Shown here piece after piece: positions 10,925 to 21,536 of a stretch of 64,000 nucleotides of DNA. Origin of the DNA: Balanoglossus misakiensis. Taxonomy: Eukaryota; Animalia; Hemichordata. Location of the stretch: contig CM082577.2 of assembly GCA_040954595.2 (NCBI GenBank), positions 14,515,903-14,579,902 on the forward strand, given 5' to 3'. The first letter of the stretch is position 1. The number at the start of each line of letters is the position of its first letter. The position numbers and the translations under genes were made by a program. The notes beneath the pieces were generated by a model. It saw nothing but the letters and a program-made list of their open reading frames with translations. It was not told the origin of the DNA and searched no databases.

Positions 10925-11845
10925 ATGTCCATCAGAAACGCGCAAGTAAAAGCCCCTCCAGTTGAAGGCCCAGTGATTGCGCTTGAAGTAGACCGCACGT
11001 TCGTTTCACAAAACTTGGACGGTGCGAAGTTATCGGTCACTCAGGATGTGCTCTACCCGAGAGACGACAAGGTCACAATTGTACCGGGACAGGTACTGTT
11101 GGGACACAGGGATTTTGCTTCTAGAAAGTGGGGAGTTGTTCCTTCACCAGCTGGGCTCATGGCAAAGTCATTTGATATACATACTGGAGATATCGAAAAA
11201 AGCAGGCAGATGTGGGAGTTAGACCCACAGGCGTATAAGGTACTGGGTATAGCTTCGACCGAATCCACCGATTGGGAAAAGGGTCAGCTAATGTCGATTG
11301 TGTCAAAGTCACCCAGTACGGGTTTTTTAAACACAGGAGGCAATTGGATAAGAGACGGACAACTTGTCTGTGTGCGTCTCCCAACCCACGAAGAAGCCAA
11401 TCAACACTTGCATCGGTATGGTTCGATCAAATTTGCCACCTATCCCCGCGACGATAACGACGTTCATTCAAATATATACGAGTTTATGGACTATCTAAGA
11501 ATGGAAAAGGATATTGCTGTAGCAACAGGTCACCACAACAAAAGAGAATCGCTGAAAGCGCTCACCGAGATACTATCGCGTTCTGGGGAATTCATTTCGA
11601 GTCATATAGTGCCAGAGCCAAGATCCCGAGCACAATTCGACAACTGGAAGCGTACGGGATATATTTTCAACACTCCATTAACCCTATTCACTGATGAAGC
11701 GCACAGGATATCTTTGCAACATTTTCTCAACAATGTGGTCAAACTTGCCAACACAATTAGATCAAAGAACGACCTGATAATCTTAGGACTCGCCAGGCAA
11801 GATATACACCCTTACGAATACGGGAGCATAGAACTCTACGTTTAA
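10925..11845 (+). CDS. Probable capsid triplex protein (triplex 2-like)
   Basis: VLGIA..FLNTGGNWIRDGQLVCVRLP and C-terminal ILGLARQDIHPYEYGSIEL resemble the triplex pattern as I recall it; ~300 aa; lies between protease and MCP. Confidence 0.6.
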   Translation: MSIRNAQVKAPPVEGPVIALEVDRTFVSQNLDGAKLSVTQDVLYPRDDKVTIVPGQVLLGHRDFASRKWGVVPSPAGLMAKSFDIHTGDIEKSRQMWELDPQAYKVLGIASTESTDWEKGQLMSIVSKSPSTGFLNTGGNWIRDGQLVCVRLPTHEEANQHLHRYGSIKFATYPRDDNDVHSNIYEFMDYLRMEKDIAVATGHHNKRESLKALTEILSRSGEFISSHIVPEPRSRAQFDNWKRTGYIFNTPLTLFTDEAHRISLQHFLNNVVKLANTIRSKNDLIILGLARQDIHPYEYGSIELYV

Positions 11846-12518
11846 TATCTGTACGCGGAACACGTGTAATGGCATAAGACAATTTACCGTGGATTGTAAT
11901 TTTTATCTTTATATATACATATTAAATAAATGTTACAAACAAAGTAATATAAGTAGTGAAACTTGCATGTCTACACACGAATAAATACACATAGACGATC
12001 ATATGGGTTAAAATGAATTTATTTTTAACATGTTGTAAGAGAGTGTGCTGTATGTGATAAACAATCACCTACACAGTTCTCATCTACATAACAATAAAAC
12101 TCCTTCTGTGATTGGTTCACCGCCGACCAGTCTCAAGTCCAGTTGGGGTCGTTAAAATTGCGGCCTTTATGACTTCAATGACTAATGAATGAAGTCAATA
12201 TGACCGCCGTTTCACCCCCCCCCCCCCCTCATATGTTACGGGGGAAATCATTACAACTGTACCATGGAATCCTCCTGTACATTACTTGTACCTTTCACCA
12301 TGGACTATGCGTTGTGCTTCTTCATCATCTTCGTAGATGTACCGAATATAACAGTCCATGGTGTCAGACTTGTAGCCACGAATAATGATTACTATCCTTT
12401 AGATGGGATTCAGCTATGCGTCTTCTCTGTTACAGCATGTTTCGCCAAAAGTGGTTCGTCAGAGATATTATATTAATAATGTGTTAGAATAGCGATACGT
12501 GTATAAAGGTATTTCAAA

Positions 12519-15500
12519 ATGCTGAATCCGTTCAGACGGGGTCAACCCAACATGAGCAGGCCTTTGATGACGTCTGATCTACTAAATTTTGACAATTTTT
12601 TTGCAGACGACGGGTCAAACCCGCCCTCTGGTCAGGGTCGATTCGGGGGAACATTCTCATCCAATCCAAACTATATCGGACATCGAAACCAGGGTCACAC
12701 TGCCACAGACACCGATTGGGTTGCCCCGAAAGATGTCTTATTGAGTCAAAGGATATTATACGACTCGATCTCGCCTGATGAAGGCGTTGTTAAAGTGGGT
12801 GGTGATAGGTTGGCTTGGTTTTGTCCCATCGCTATTTTCAATGGAAGACCCAATTTTGCAATACAGGAAATCATCGCCCCGGCTTCAGTTGTAGATAAAT
12901 GTACATCCGCGTCTACTCTGCCAACACTGGGCGTTGAAAAGCAGTCGAGACAGTATACCATGGATATGATGGGCGTTGCCATCAGTTTAGCTCCAGAGCT
13001 TATTCAAAGAGGGACTGTTAACCAGATAAGGAATGCGTACAAACTCAAGGTCAAACAGGTGGTCGACAGTATCGCAATGACACTACAGGCAGTAGTATAC
13101 AGTAATGTATTCGGTGGTCCCACACTCGAATACATGGAGTTTCGCAGGATGGGCAACGAAAGAGATGTTTCTAGAGCTAACCTATTTTATGGTACATATC
13201 AGAAAAGAATCGACAATTTTCTACTATGGAACCTGGGGCGAACAAACAAGAAAGCTGTGTTAATTGACTTGGATAACTGTTTGAATTACAGTTCGAACAA
13301 CGACGGTGATGCCGACACAATAATATGTCACCCTGTCGTCGCAGGTGTCTTGAGGGAAACTGTCGCGCCTAATCTAGGCACGCAAGAAACTCGAGAAACC
13401 TATTTTGTGAATACGTCTGATAATCACATTGTGTATAATCACCATCTTCAACCAGACCCAAACCTCTCCCACCAAGTTCATGCTCCAAATTTAAGAACAA
13501 TAGTTAATGCAAAAGTTAAGTACATTATTCCCTGTCCGGATGTACGAATAAACAATGTCAAGTCGAATCTCAGTGAACTCGAGGCCAACTTCAAATCGTT
13601 TAACGTTATAGGATATTGTCCATTACTGCAACAAATGGGTAGTCTACTGGACTTCAAACAAACCACATCTGTGGATTGGAATTCCATATACGTTACCGAC
13701 TTTGAGAAACGATACGATTCGAGGGTTACCTTGGACGAGGTGATGGAACAGGGTGGTTATTTTGTACCAGAAACATACAACGCGAGTTCTTATAACAATC
13801 TATTGAGAAGTGCAGACTTTATTGAATTGACGACCATAACACCAGCCGAGTATTATCGATCATGCACAATGCCTTTCACTGGAAAGGAGAAATCCTGCTT
13901 GTTAGATCCTAGTCGAAAAGTGTATTATGACCCGGACAGACAAACATTTCTACCCGCGTTCACTTATGGACACAGCAACGTGAGCACCTGTCCCGTCGAC
14001 AGGGGTGACATTGTCGCCGGTATGACGTTCATGTCCAGGACAATGGTTGGCCTCGGAGAGCATTGCGACGAGGAATTGTTATGCAACTATGTAAGAGACT
14101 GTCTGTCGCTGGAATGGTCTCAGGAGGATTTCGACACCCTTATGCTGTTTGATCGCACACCGTTTCACGAGGCAATGGGCGATGTGGCAGAAGTTGGCAA
14201 TACCAGTGATGGGAATGGAAGTGGAGAAGGTTCAGGTAGCCAGGGGACATTGGCCCAAAGGGTTATCAGGGACGTCACTTCTCATAGTGGCGCCACACAT
14301 TTTACCAATTACGATCAATTGCTAATCGTCCGTCATATTTGTCAGCAACGCAGATGCATCGATCGAGAAAGAGAGGAAGGTGGTCGTGCAGGTGCTACCG
14401 CTATGAACGCATTAGACTGCGCAATTGTCAACATTACTATGATTATAGAATGGGTAGACTTACTCTATGACAAATATAAAACAGTAACCAAATCCAGGCC
14501 AGATACTACACACAGTTGGTTGTTCACGCCATTGGGTCATGAGACTCTACAAAAAGTATTTCACGATGACCGCCTAGATGAAGCGGATGAGAGAGATTAC
14601 ACGCATATGTTACGCAACAAGGCTGCTCTGTACCACAATGTATTTCTGAGAGCATTTTCGCCGGTTGTATATGTTGCGGGAAATTCTTCTTTAGACGAAG
14701 CTATAGAGGCCGGCATCGTGAACGTTGTGGGGCTGGGTGACATTACACTGAACGAGGAGGTTTATCATTACAATTGTAACTTTAGTACATATTCAGCCAG
14801 GCGGACATTCAATACTATAGCTGATTCGTCATTCATACGCCCCAAGCAAAGATTTGTTATCTCCGATTTGAGTCCATTGCACTCATACAACAATGACTCT
14901 CCTGTCGATGCGGAACACTTTCTGAACCATAACTATTCCTACAGGTTGTCATGGATCTGCAGTTCGTCATACAGTCTCATGATCAAGTGTTTTACCATGA
15001 TTTTCATTAGCATGTTACAAAACCCAACCACTACTAGAGCGTTAGCAAAAGAAGGGATATATTTAAACACGGCGTTTCTTTTGTTCAGAAATGTGGTACA
15101 GCGGACATGTAGCATCGCCATGGCGCGATCTGGTAGAGAGAACAGGTTCTTGTTTTGTGGCAATAGCACTACAAATAGTTACCATAGTAATGCCACCAGT
15201 TATGTGACGAATTGTCGTTTCGAGACAAATATGGTGGACTTCGACCCGATCAATAACACCAGGGTACAGTTGCACGTGGGAGGTCTGGGTTATAACAGGG
15301 GGATGGGTTCAAAAATTAGGGACCCGTTCACGGAGGGGACGTCCGATGGTAGGGGCGACTTTGTTGTTGTACCTATGTGTCCGATCGTAGATGTTGGGCT
15401 CTGGAATCACATTCAACCTATGAACGGGCGAGTTACGTTCGAAGATGGTAATTCAAACAAAAAGGCCACGAGAATAGACACTGTCCAAGGTATTTACACC

Positions 15501-15986
15501 AATAATCCGTGGTCAACGGCTGGACTGTCAGAGGCTCAGATTATACATGGTAACATGCGACATCCCTTATGGGTTCACAATAGTAACAAGCACGGGACGT
15601 TCAAGTGTTTCTTACAGGCCAAGACACCGTCACCACAATACCAAGTTGGTATTGATGAATTTTATAGGCCCATAGATTCCAATGGTCTACAGAGAGAATC
15701 AAACATAGCTGTACAGGGTAGGCAGTACCACAACAACATTGACTGTCCATACGCTTTCAAGACTCTTAACAGAGGGTTTTATGGAATGGACGAAAATAGT
15801 AGCAATCGCTTCCAAGACGCCCTCAACGTCTCCACCGTTCGTGATGACGAAGGTTTACATCTGATGGATCCAATCACGATTCAACCGTCTGTCAAGAGAA
15901 CGGACAAGTACTACGCAGAGACTGGAATCCGTAAGAAATTCAAGCCAGACGACGCGTCGCGTCAACACAGACTAATACCTATTTAG
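12519..15986 (+). CDS. Major capsid protein (HK97-fold, herpes/mirusvirus type)
   Basis: 1155 aa; N-terminal floor-like segment (FCPI..SRQYTMDMMGVAISL..YKLKVKQVVDSIAMTLQAVVY; ADTIICHP); follows the protease-triplex genes. Confidence 0.7.
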   Translation: MLNPFRRGQPNMSRPLMTSDLLNFDNFFADDGSNPPSGQGRFGGTFSSNPNYIGHRNQGHTATDTDWVAPKDVLLSQRILYDSISPDEGVVKVGGDRLAWFCPIAIFNGRPNFAIQEIIAPASVVDKCTSASTLPTLGVEKQSRQYTMDMMGVAISLAPELIQRGTVNQIRNAYKLKVKQVVDSIAMTLQAVVYSNVFGGPTLEYMEFRRMGNERDVSRANLFYGTYQKRIDNFLLWNLGRTNKKAVLIDLDNCLNYSSNNDGDADTIICHPVVAGVLRETVAPNLGTQETRETYFVNTSDNHIVYNHHLQPDPNLSHQVHAPNLRTIVNAKVKYIIPCPDVRINNVKSNLSELEANFKSFNVIGYCPLLQQMGSLLDFKQTTSVDWNSIYVTDFEKRYDSRVTLDEVMEQGGYFVPETYNASSYNNLLRSADFIELTTITPAEYYRSCTMPFTGKEKSCLLDPSRKVYYDPDRQTFLPAFTYGHSNVSTCPVDRGDIVAGMTFMSRTMVGLGEHCDEELLCNYVRDCLSLEWSQEDFDTLMLFDRTPFHEAMGDVAEVGNTSDGNGSGEGSGSQGTLAQRVIRDVTSHSGATHFTNYDQLLIVRHICQQRRCIDREREEGGRAGATAMNALDCAIVNITMIIEWVDLLYDKYKTVTKSRPDTTHSWLFTPLGHETLQKVFHDDRLDEADERDYTHMLRNKAALYHNVFLRAFSPVVYVAGNSSLDEAIEAGIVNVVGLGDITLNEEVYHYNCNFSTYSARRTFNTIADSSFIRPKQRFVISDLSPLHSYNNDSPVDAEHFLNHNYSYRLSWICSSSYSLMIKCFTMIFISMLQNPTTTRALAKEGIYLNTAFLLFRNVVQRTCSIAMARSGRENRFLFCGNSTTNSYHSNATSYVTNCRFETNMVDFDPINNTRVQLHVGGLGYNRGMGSKIRDPFTEGTSDGRGDFVVVPMCPIVDVGLWNHIQPMNGRVTFEDGNSNKKATRIDTVQGIYTNNPWSTAGLSEAQIIHGNMRHPLWVHNSNKHGTFKCFLQAKTPSPQYQVGIDEFYRPIDSNGLQRESNIAVQGRQYHNNIDCPYAFKTLNRGFYGMDENSSNRFQDALNVSTVRDDEGLHLMDPITIQPSVKRTDKYYAETGIRKKFKPDDASRQHRLIPI

Positions 15987-16276
15987 ATCGAAGGGATAAC
16001 TGTCAAATCAGTTTCGTTTAATCCCACCCGCATAGATAGATAAAAGTTTTGTTAAGGCCAGAGAGAAAAAAAAATCTTGTTCATCGGATTTTTTGGACGA
16101 TGGTCCAGGAGCGGCGAGCGAATATTTTTTTTTTTTTTTTTTTTTAGGCTCGTGCTCTTTCATTTTGTTACCTGTATGTGTAGGTCTACCTGTGCTGTAC
16201 TATATGTAATGTATGACTTATACGGCCGAAATAAAAAGTTGAACCACCAGAAGTGACAACCACAATTTTTTCCGAG

Positions 16277-17658
16277 CATGGTGTATTATTTGCTGACCTT
16301 ATATTGGCAAGCTTCACAAATGGTGACCCCGACGTGATGAATTCTCAAGGCATGAGTGTATTGTATTTACAATCGTGACGTTACTGGTTACCGACTCACC
16401 CTCTCCAGACAAGTGACGCACACGATCACGGCCAGTATGTATGGCAGGAAATCACACGCATTAATTCCCGAATAAAATTTGGGATAACGATTATTTAAAA
16501 CGGAATGCTTGTTTTGAGAAAGCTGCCCGTCTCGCGCATAAAAGTTCAACATATTTGAAATATCTTAAATAAAAGTGAATAAGCTTTCAATATATATATA
16601 ATGACAACAAAATGGTTTAACACGTAACAAAAATATAAATTCTGTACAAAAATTCATGAATTCTTGTCAATGAATCTCAGATATAATAAATAATGTCTAT
16701 ACAGCGTGATTTTGATTGTCTTTTCCATGTAACGTAAATACCACAACGTAGTTCTTCTCCAGGCGATGGGAAAATATAGTCTCTTGCCATGGACGAGCGA
16801 AATTTAATCTATCAGGGAAATATATCTGCTCACAAATGCGCGCCATATTGGGTGGCAAAGCGCGTCGTCGTCATCAAAAGTGGAAATCAACACTAGAACG
16901 TGAACATCGCTTTTGATGTCCGTTTCTCGAGTCACAGTTTCAAGTCTGAATACTCCAACACGACATATTAAAGCTCTGTCTCTTCCACCTCCAGTTTTGA
17001 TTGTATAAACATCGTCGCGTCCGATGGCGCGATCATTTGGTGCAGCGTTCGGTCGGGTGCGAAATTTTCCCTTCAAGACGGTGTGATTTTTTTCCTCATA
17101 CTAATTCTGTGTAACTACGAGTCTTGGCTGTCATTATGAATACGATTTCAGTTCGGCAAAAACTTCTGAAAAATACGTACTCTCCTTGTTTATCCGTAAC
17201 ATGTTGGCACTACAGTCATTTATAATTTTCAGGCTTCTGTCCCCGAATCTGTCTCTGTCGTCTTCAACTAGGAACGGTTTTAGCGGATAACTGATCTCGT
17301 TGCCCACGTAACTATAGGATAAGTACAGACATGTGAGCACGACGGCTTGTAGCTCAGACTCGGAGGTGATTTTGTCGTCGACAAAGTCCCGACATAACAT
17401 GTACACGAAGACAAGGTTTGCCGGGGTGATGAAGGCAATGTCCTGCCACCCTTGCAAGAGCAGGGACCTGTCCACTGATCGCAGCCACATTATGGCATCG
17501 TTGCCTTCGAAGTCCCGCAAGCAGGAGCATCGCCGACTGAGGAAATTTCCCAGACACTTCAGCAGTTCTCCGGTGGACGCTTGGATGGTTTTCTTGGTGT
17601 TCGGCGTTTTCACCGCCATGGTGTATTATTTGCTGACCCTATATTGGCAAGCTTCACA
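16277..17658 (+). repeat. 42-bp direct repeat (16277-16318 and 17617-17658) bracketing the captured segment
   Basis: CATGGTGTATTATTTGCTGACC(T/C)TATATTGGCAAGCTTCACA, 1 mismatch. Confidence 0.9.
17134..17619 (-). CDS. CDK5R1: CDK5 activator (p35/p39 family), N-truncated p25-like core only
   Basis: [68 protein letters not shown] matches the p35 activation domain. Confidence 0.93.
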   Translation of the reverse strand: MAVKTPNTKKTIQASTGELLKCLGNFLSRRCSCLRDFEGNDAIMWLRSVDRSLLLQGWQDIAFITPANLVFVYMLCRDFVDDKITSESELQAVVLTCLYLSYSYVGNEISYPLKPFLVEDDRDRFGDRSLKIINDCSANMLRINKESTYFSEVFAELKSYS

Positions 17659-18038
17659 CGATGAACAATTTATTTTTCTTCCTGGCCTAATTGTCTCTGT
17701 ACTGTCCGTGTTGCCAGCCAATCCACTCATTTATTCCGCTGCTTTGATATAATTACATGCCTATGCAAATAGGGAAAGATATACAAATCTACATGCCTTT
17801 TTTTTATACACCACATAATACGTAAGTGCATGTATTCCAACTGTAATACATTGGATAGACCGTGTGCGTGCGTGTCACTATCCTGCGTGTAAAATTGGCG
17901 AGTATAATTTTTAGAGACAACTCGGCTTTTGTGGCTCATAATTCTAATTATATCAAAGTACAACGCCAACAGTCCTATACATCTGGCGTTGACATAACCT
18001 ATTAGCGTGTGCAGAGAACAGTATTGTTTAGTTGAACC

Positions 18039-18404
18039 ATGAGAATTTTACTCGCTACTTTTATGGGGGTTCTCTTTATATCATTTATTATCGGTCTTAC
18101 AAACTTCGTCAAATCTTTACCGTCACATCATAATCCAAAGTCCCCGATAGCGCCACCCTTTTATTTACGGTGGTGTAAAGATTCCCTCTATACTACGCTG
18201 TCAGAGACGACCGAATGGGTACCCGATCAATTAACGAATCTGATGTACAACTCCACCTACACCCCAATGCCATTGAGGAAAGTGAGCAAAGAAACAGTAG
18301 GTTGGATGGCACAGAGGCTTTTAAACATCAAGTCTGCTATTACGCCCAACGCTCCAAAAGCCTTAGTAGGATACACGATAGATATTTCTATACAGGGTCC
18401 TTAG
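18039..18404 (+). CDS. Small membrane/secreted protein
   Basis: N-terminal hydrophobic segment; overlaps the next ORF. Confidence 0.5.
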   Translation: MRILLATFMGVLFISFIIGLTNFVKSLPSHHNPKSPIAPPFYLRWCKDSLYTTLSETTEWVPDQLTNLMYNSTYTPMPLRKVSKETVGWMAQRLLNIKSAITPNAPKALVGYTIDISIQGP

Positions 18405-18916
18405 TAGTTGTGTTCGGACTAATGCTCGCTTCGCTGACCAACACTCTGTATCTCAACCATCTACATTCCAAGATAGCAGACGAACAATGCGAGTTGCCAT
18501 TCGGGGATGTCATTGATATCAACGAATATGGATACACTGTACACACATTCAATGGTCGTTTGTTGTTAAACAGAAAAAGTAGCGGGTCACAATTACCAGC
18601 AGGCCCTTGTACACACTTCAATTCGACTGTACAAGAAGCTGTCCAATGTGAATCTGAGATAATGTTATACGATATAAAAGGCGAACCATACTATGCTTTG
18701 CGCATGTTCAGAGATCAATCAAACCACACATTTTTAGTACAAGGGCCTTATAGTGGCAACGGCGACGAACACCAAGTCCACATCCGTACCGACCTTCAGT
18801 CTGGTAATGTCGTCGTTGGATATGGTCCAGTGCCGCCAAACAAAGTACCAGATGCAGAACTGTATGTAGACGGATTTATTTATGCTGCTACCTTGGATAG
18901 AAGTAGTTTCAATTAG
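18215..18916 (+). CDS. Probable type II membrane glycoprotein
   Basis: TM YFYTGSLVVVFGLMLASL followed by a beta-rich ectodomain with N-glycosylation sequons (NST, NHT). Confidence 0.55.
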   Translation: MGTRSINESDVQLHLHPNAIEESEQRNSRLDGTEAFKHQVCYYAQRSKSLSRIHDRYFYTGSLVVVFGLMLASLTNTLYLNHLHSKIADEQCELPFGDVIDINEYGYTVHTFNGRLLLNRKSSGSQLPAGPCTHFNSTVQEAVQCESEIMLYDIKGEPYYALRMFRDQSNHTFLVQGPYSGNGDEHQVHIRTDLQSGNVVVGYGPVPPNKVPDAELYVDGFIYAATLDRSSFN

Positions 18917-19009
18917 AACGAGACTGGGACACTGTTATCGAACATAACGGCGCCCCTATTTAATCCCACCTGTCAAACTAAGTATACCAGAACGAACGAC
19001 ATACTTGGC

Positions 19010-19588
19010 ATGACAGAACAAACGTCAATGTCGTCTCAATTAGACCCCGAAATGTGTATTTGTCGCATATGCCAAGAAGGTGAATCGTGTGCTGAAGGCG
19101 GCATGCTTTTGATTGCACCTTGTTTATGCAAAGGTAGTCTGAAGTTTGTCCACCGTAGGTGCATCCAAACCTGGATAAGAAGCGCTCGTATCAACCGATG
19201 TGAAATTTGTAATGCACGCTTCAAAATCATGGTTGAGACTAGACCAATATCAGAATGGACATTGCCGAAGATGACCAGAACGATATGGATAAATATTGCA
19301 CTTGTGTTGTCGTGTACTGTGTGTATATTAGGCATATCATTACACATGCACCTTTTGGTGGAATCCCTATTTCTAAAGATGGATGCACTGAATACATTTT
19401 TCGTGGTGGCTTGCGTGTTGCTGGCACTTATGGCGCTGACTGCATTTGTCCTCCTAGAGACTTTTAGGTGCGTGGACGTGTATGTGTGGTTAAGAGAGAA
19501 CAACAGAGAGATAGGTGTTAAGGACTATTGCCCATCTTCTCAACAAATACATGGTGGTGATGAAGACATACGCACGAATACGGTGTAG
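19010..19588 (+). CDS. MARCH-family (RING-CH) membrane E3 ubiquitin ligase
   Basis: CRICQ..LIAPCLCKGSLKFVHRRCIQTW..CEIC followed by two TM helices. Confidence 0.92.
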   Translation: MTEQTSMSSQLDPEMCICRICQEGESCAEGGMLLIAPCLCKGSLKFVHRRCIQTWIRSARINRCEICNARFKIMVETRPISEWTLPKMTRTIWINIALVLSCTVCILGISLHMHLLVESLFLKMDALNTFFVVACVLLALMALTAFVLLETFRCVDVYVWLRENNREIGVKDYCPSSQQIHGGDEDIRTNTV

Positions 19589-19818
19589 ACACCATGTAAT
19601 TGTTCCATACTCTATTTTTGTTTTGTTCATTACGATGACGACATTGTTGTCCAATCAGTATCCTCCCTTCTCACCCCCCATGATGAGTACGGCGATTTTG
19701 ACAATGAACGAGTCACATCGTTCGTCCATGTAATGAGCCGTTGGTGACATTCACCATATATAAGCAAGAGCGATTTCAGTCACTCTCGCCAATCACAGTT
19801 TGCCTATATCAAACAACA

Positions 19819-21087
19819 ATGTCCGAACTTATCGACGTGGTTTATGGAGTTGACGGGAAAAACATCGGAGAGGTATTCCACATTCCGTACTTCTGGTTAC
19901 CCAAGTTTATACCGGCATGGGATCGTTTGCTAGAACGAACAGGAGGTGGTCAAGAGGATGGCGATCGCCGGCGCCTCATTCTGAGATACCCCTTTCCATA
20001 CAAGGTGACGTCGAAAGATGTGGATGAAATTGTCAAGTTTGTCAGCGATTGTGTACATAACTATTCAACATTTTGTCGACCATCCGATGTTCCTTGGTCG
20101 AGGTTGACAGCTGTGCTCAGGCTGGTGGACCATTACAAGGTCACTCCATACCTCGACGCTTTGGTATCTTTTATACATAAAACCTCCATGAATGCGTACA
20201 CATCCCAAACCACCCTACACATGTTAGAAGCCTATCATGACCTTGTGCATGACTTGACGGAAGATGTACTACCTGCAGCAATCGTCAGAGTGGAGATCGC
20301 CACTCAATGCGTGTTAAATGCCAATTCGTGGAATTACATTTGTTCATGTCAAAAATGTCCCGAACACCCGCGACGCGACGAAGTCGCTTTGTTATTTTGT
20401 GGACACGAGAAACAGATTCACGCCTACTGGGAAAAGATGATGTCGTGCACTCTGACAAAGAATCTACGAAAGAGTAAATGGACCCTTGCCACTTTCGCGT
20501 GTATGGTCTCTGATGGTTGCCATGGAATAGCTACGCAATTACCGCAAAGTCCATCTTATTCTACTAATTTTCGTCTGCTCTTGCATTTGTGGTTGGCGAA
20601 AGGAGGTGAAGATGTACTTGCTGAACACGTTGCCCTTCTATCGTGCCTGTGTAGACAGGATGATCTTATGAGGCGTGCAGTCATTTTACAGGGCATGTTC
20701 AAGTACTCCGGAATGACCCAGAGTGCCATCAGAGATTCTCTGAAACCTATAACATCACGGAGACGTACCATACAACAGGTATGGGCGAGCGCCGCCGATG
20801 AAACATGCTATAATTGTTTGAATACACCGCAAGCGTCAAAATGGATTCATTGGAAAACATTTCCACGCGTGGCGTGTGATGTATGCGCAGAAGAGATGTG
20901 CCGGAAATGTTACGGTACGTGCGCATTGTGTGAACGAACTTTGTGTTTCGGATGCGCTACGTTTCTTACCAATGATAGAAGAATTGAATGGCTGATGACT
21001 AATGTGAGTAGGCGAGCAATACACGGTCATGGAGTATGTGTAGATTGTAGAGGCTTTCCGGGGAAGTTGGTACCCAACAAAAACTAA
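19819..21087 (+). CDS. BTB-like protein with C-terminal multi-CxxC zinc domain (paralog of 34766-36115)
   Basis: VLRLVDHYKVTPYL BTB-like helix; W..ICSC motif; CYNC..CDVC..CRKC..CALC..CFGC..CVDC. Confidence 0.6.
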   Translation: MSELIDVVYGVDGKNIGEVFHIPYFWLPKFIPAWDRLLERTGGGQEDGDRRRLILRYPFPYKVTSKDVDEIVKFVSDCVHNYSTFCRPSDVPWSRLTAVLRLVDHYKVTPYLDALVSFIHKTSMNAYTSQTTLHMLEAYHDLVHDLTEDVLPAAIVRVEIATQCVLNANSWNYICSCQKCPEHPRRDEVALLFCGHEKQIHAYWEKMMSCTLTKNLRKSKWTLATFACMVSDGCHGIATQLPQSPSYSTNFRLLLHLWLAKGGEDVLAEHVALLSCLCRQDDLMRRAVILQGMFKYSGMTQSAIRDSLKPITSRRRTIQQVWASAADETCYNCLNTPQASKWIHWKTFPRVACDVCAEEMCRKCYGTCALCERTLCFGCATFLTNDRRIEWLMTNVSRRAIHGHGVCVDCRGFPGKLVPNKN

Positions 21088-21536
21088 CAAGACTGTCAGG
21101 AATTGTACATGGCACGCAGTAAATGAAATATTCGCGATAGAAAGAACAATAGCAATAAGAAGAAGAATTACAACAAAGTGTCGTGTCCCTAAAATAACGG
21201 AACTGTTCAACATTGATGAAGATATGAGGTCGTTACCGCAACTTAAAGATGGCAGAACTATAACAATTGCCATAATAGTTCTTTTTTTTTATTTCTTGGG
21301 TGTGTCATAACATAGGTTCTACAAAATATACGGACTCTCCTTTCAATACATGCATCGTCCAATCAGGTAAATAAACAAACAACCCATAAATGTATGGATG
21401 TCTGCGATACTGTGTACATAATTTAACATAAATAAATAAATACATATCCGTATAAATGCCCACTTGTCTGTGTCCATCTTCGTATTTATATTGCAATTTT
21501 ATCACGGGTCAGAGCCTTATAACGTTAAACCTGGTC

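Larger units (their letters stand above)
16056..17687. mobile_element. Non-autonomous PIF/Harbinger-like element carrying a captured CDK5-activator fragment
   Basis: Imperfect TIRs GGCCAGAGAGAAAAAAAAATCTTGTTCATCG (16056-16086) and reverse complement of 17659-17687 GGCCAGGAAGAAAAATAAATTGTTCATCG; TAA at 16053-16055 and 17688-17690. Confidence 0.8.

Noticed and set aside
11850-12500. Small gene (e.g. small capsid protein) between triplex and MCP
   Set aside because: Only short ORFs; I could not build a convincing spliced model
16125-16145. Poly-T run as a retrogene poly(A) tail for the p35 copy
   Set aside because: It lies in the MITE arm outside the direct-repeat-bracketed insert, and such elements have A/T runs; retroposition is not supported
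20836-21273. Hydrophobic minus-strand ORF
   Set aside because: More than half overlaps the BTB gene antisense; may be real but unsupported
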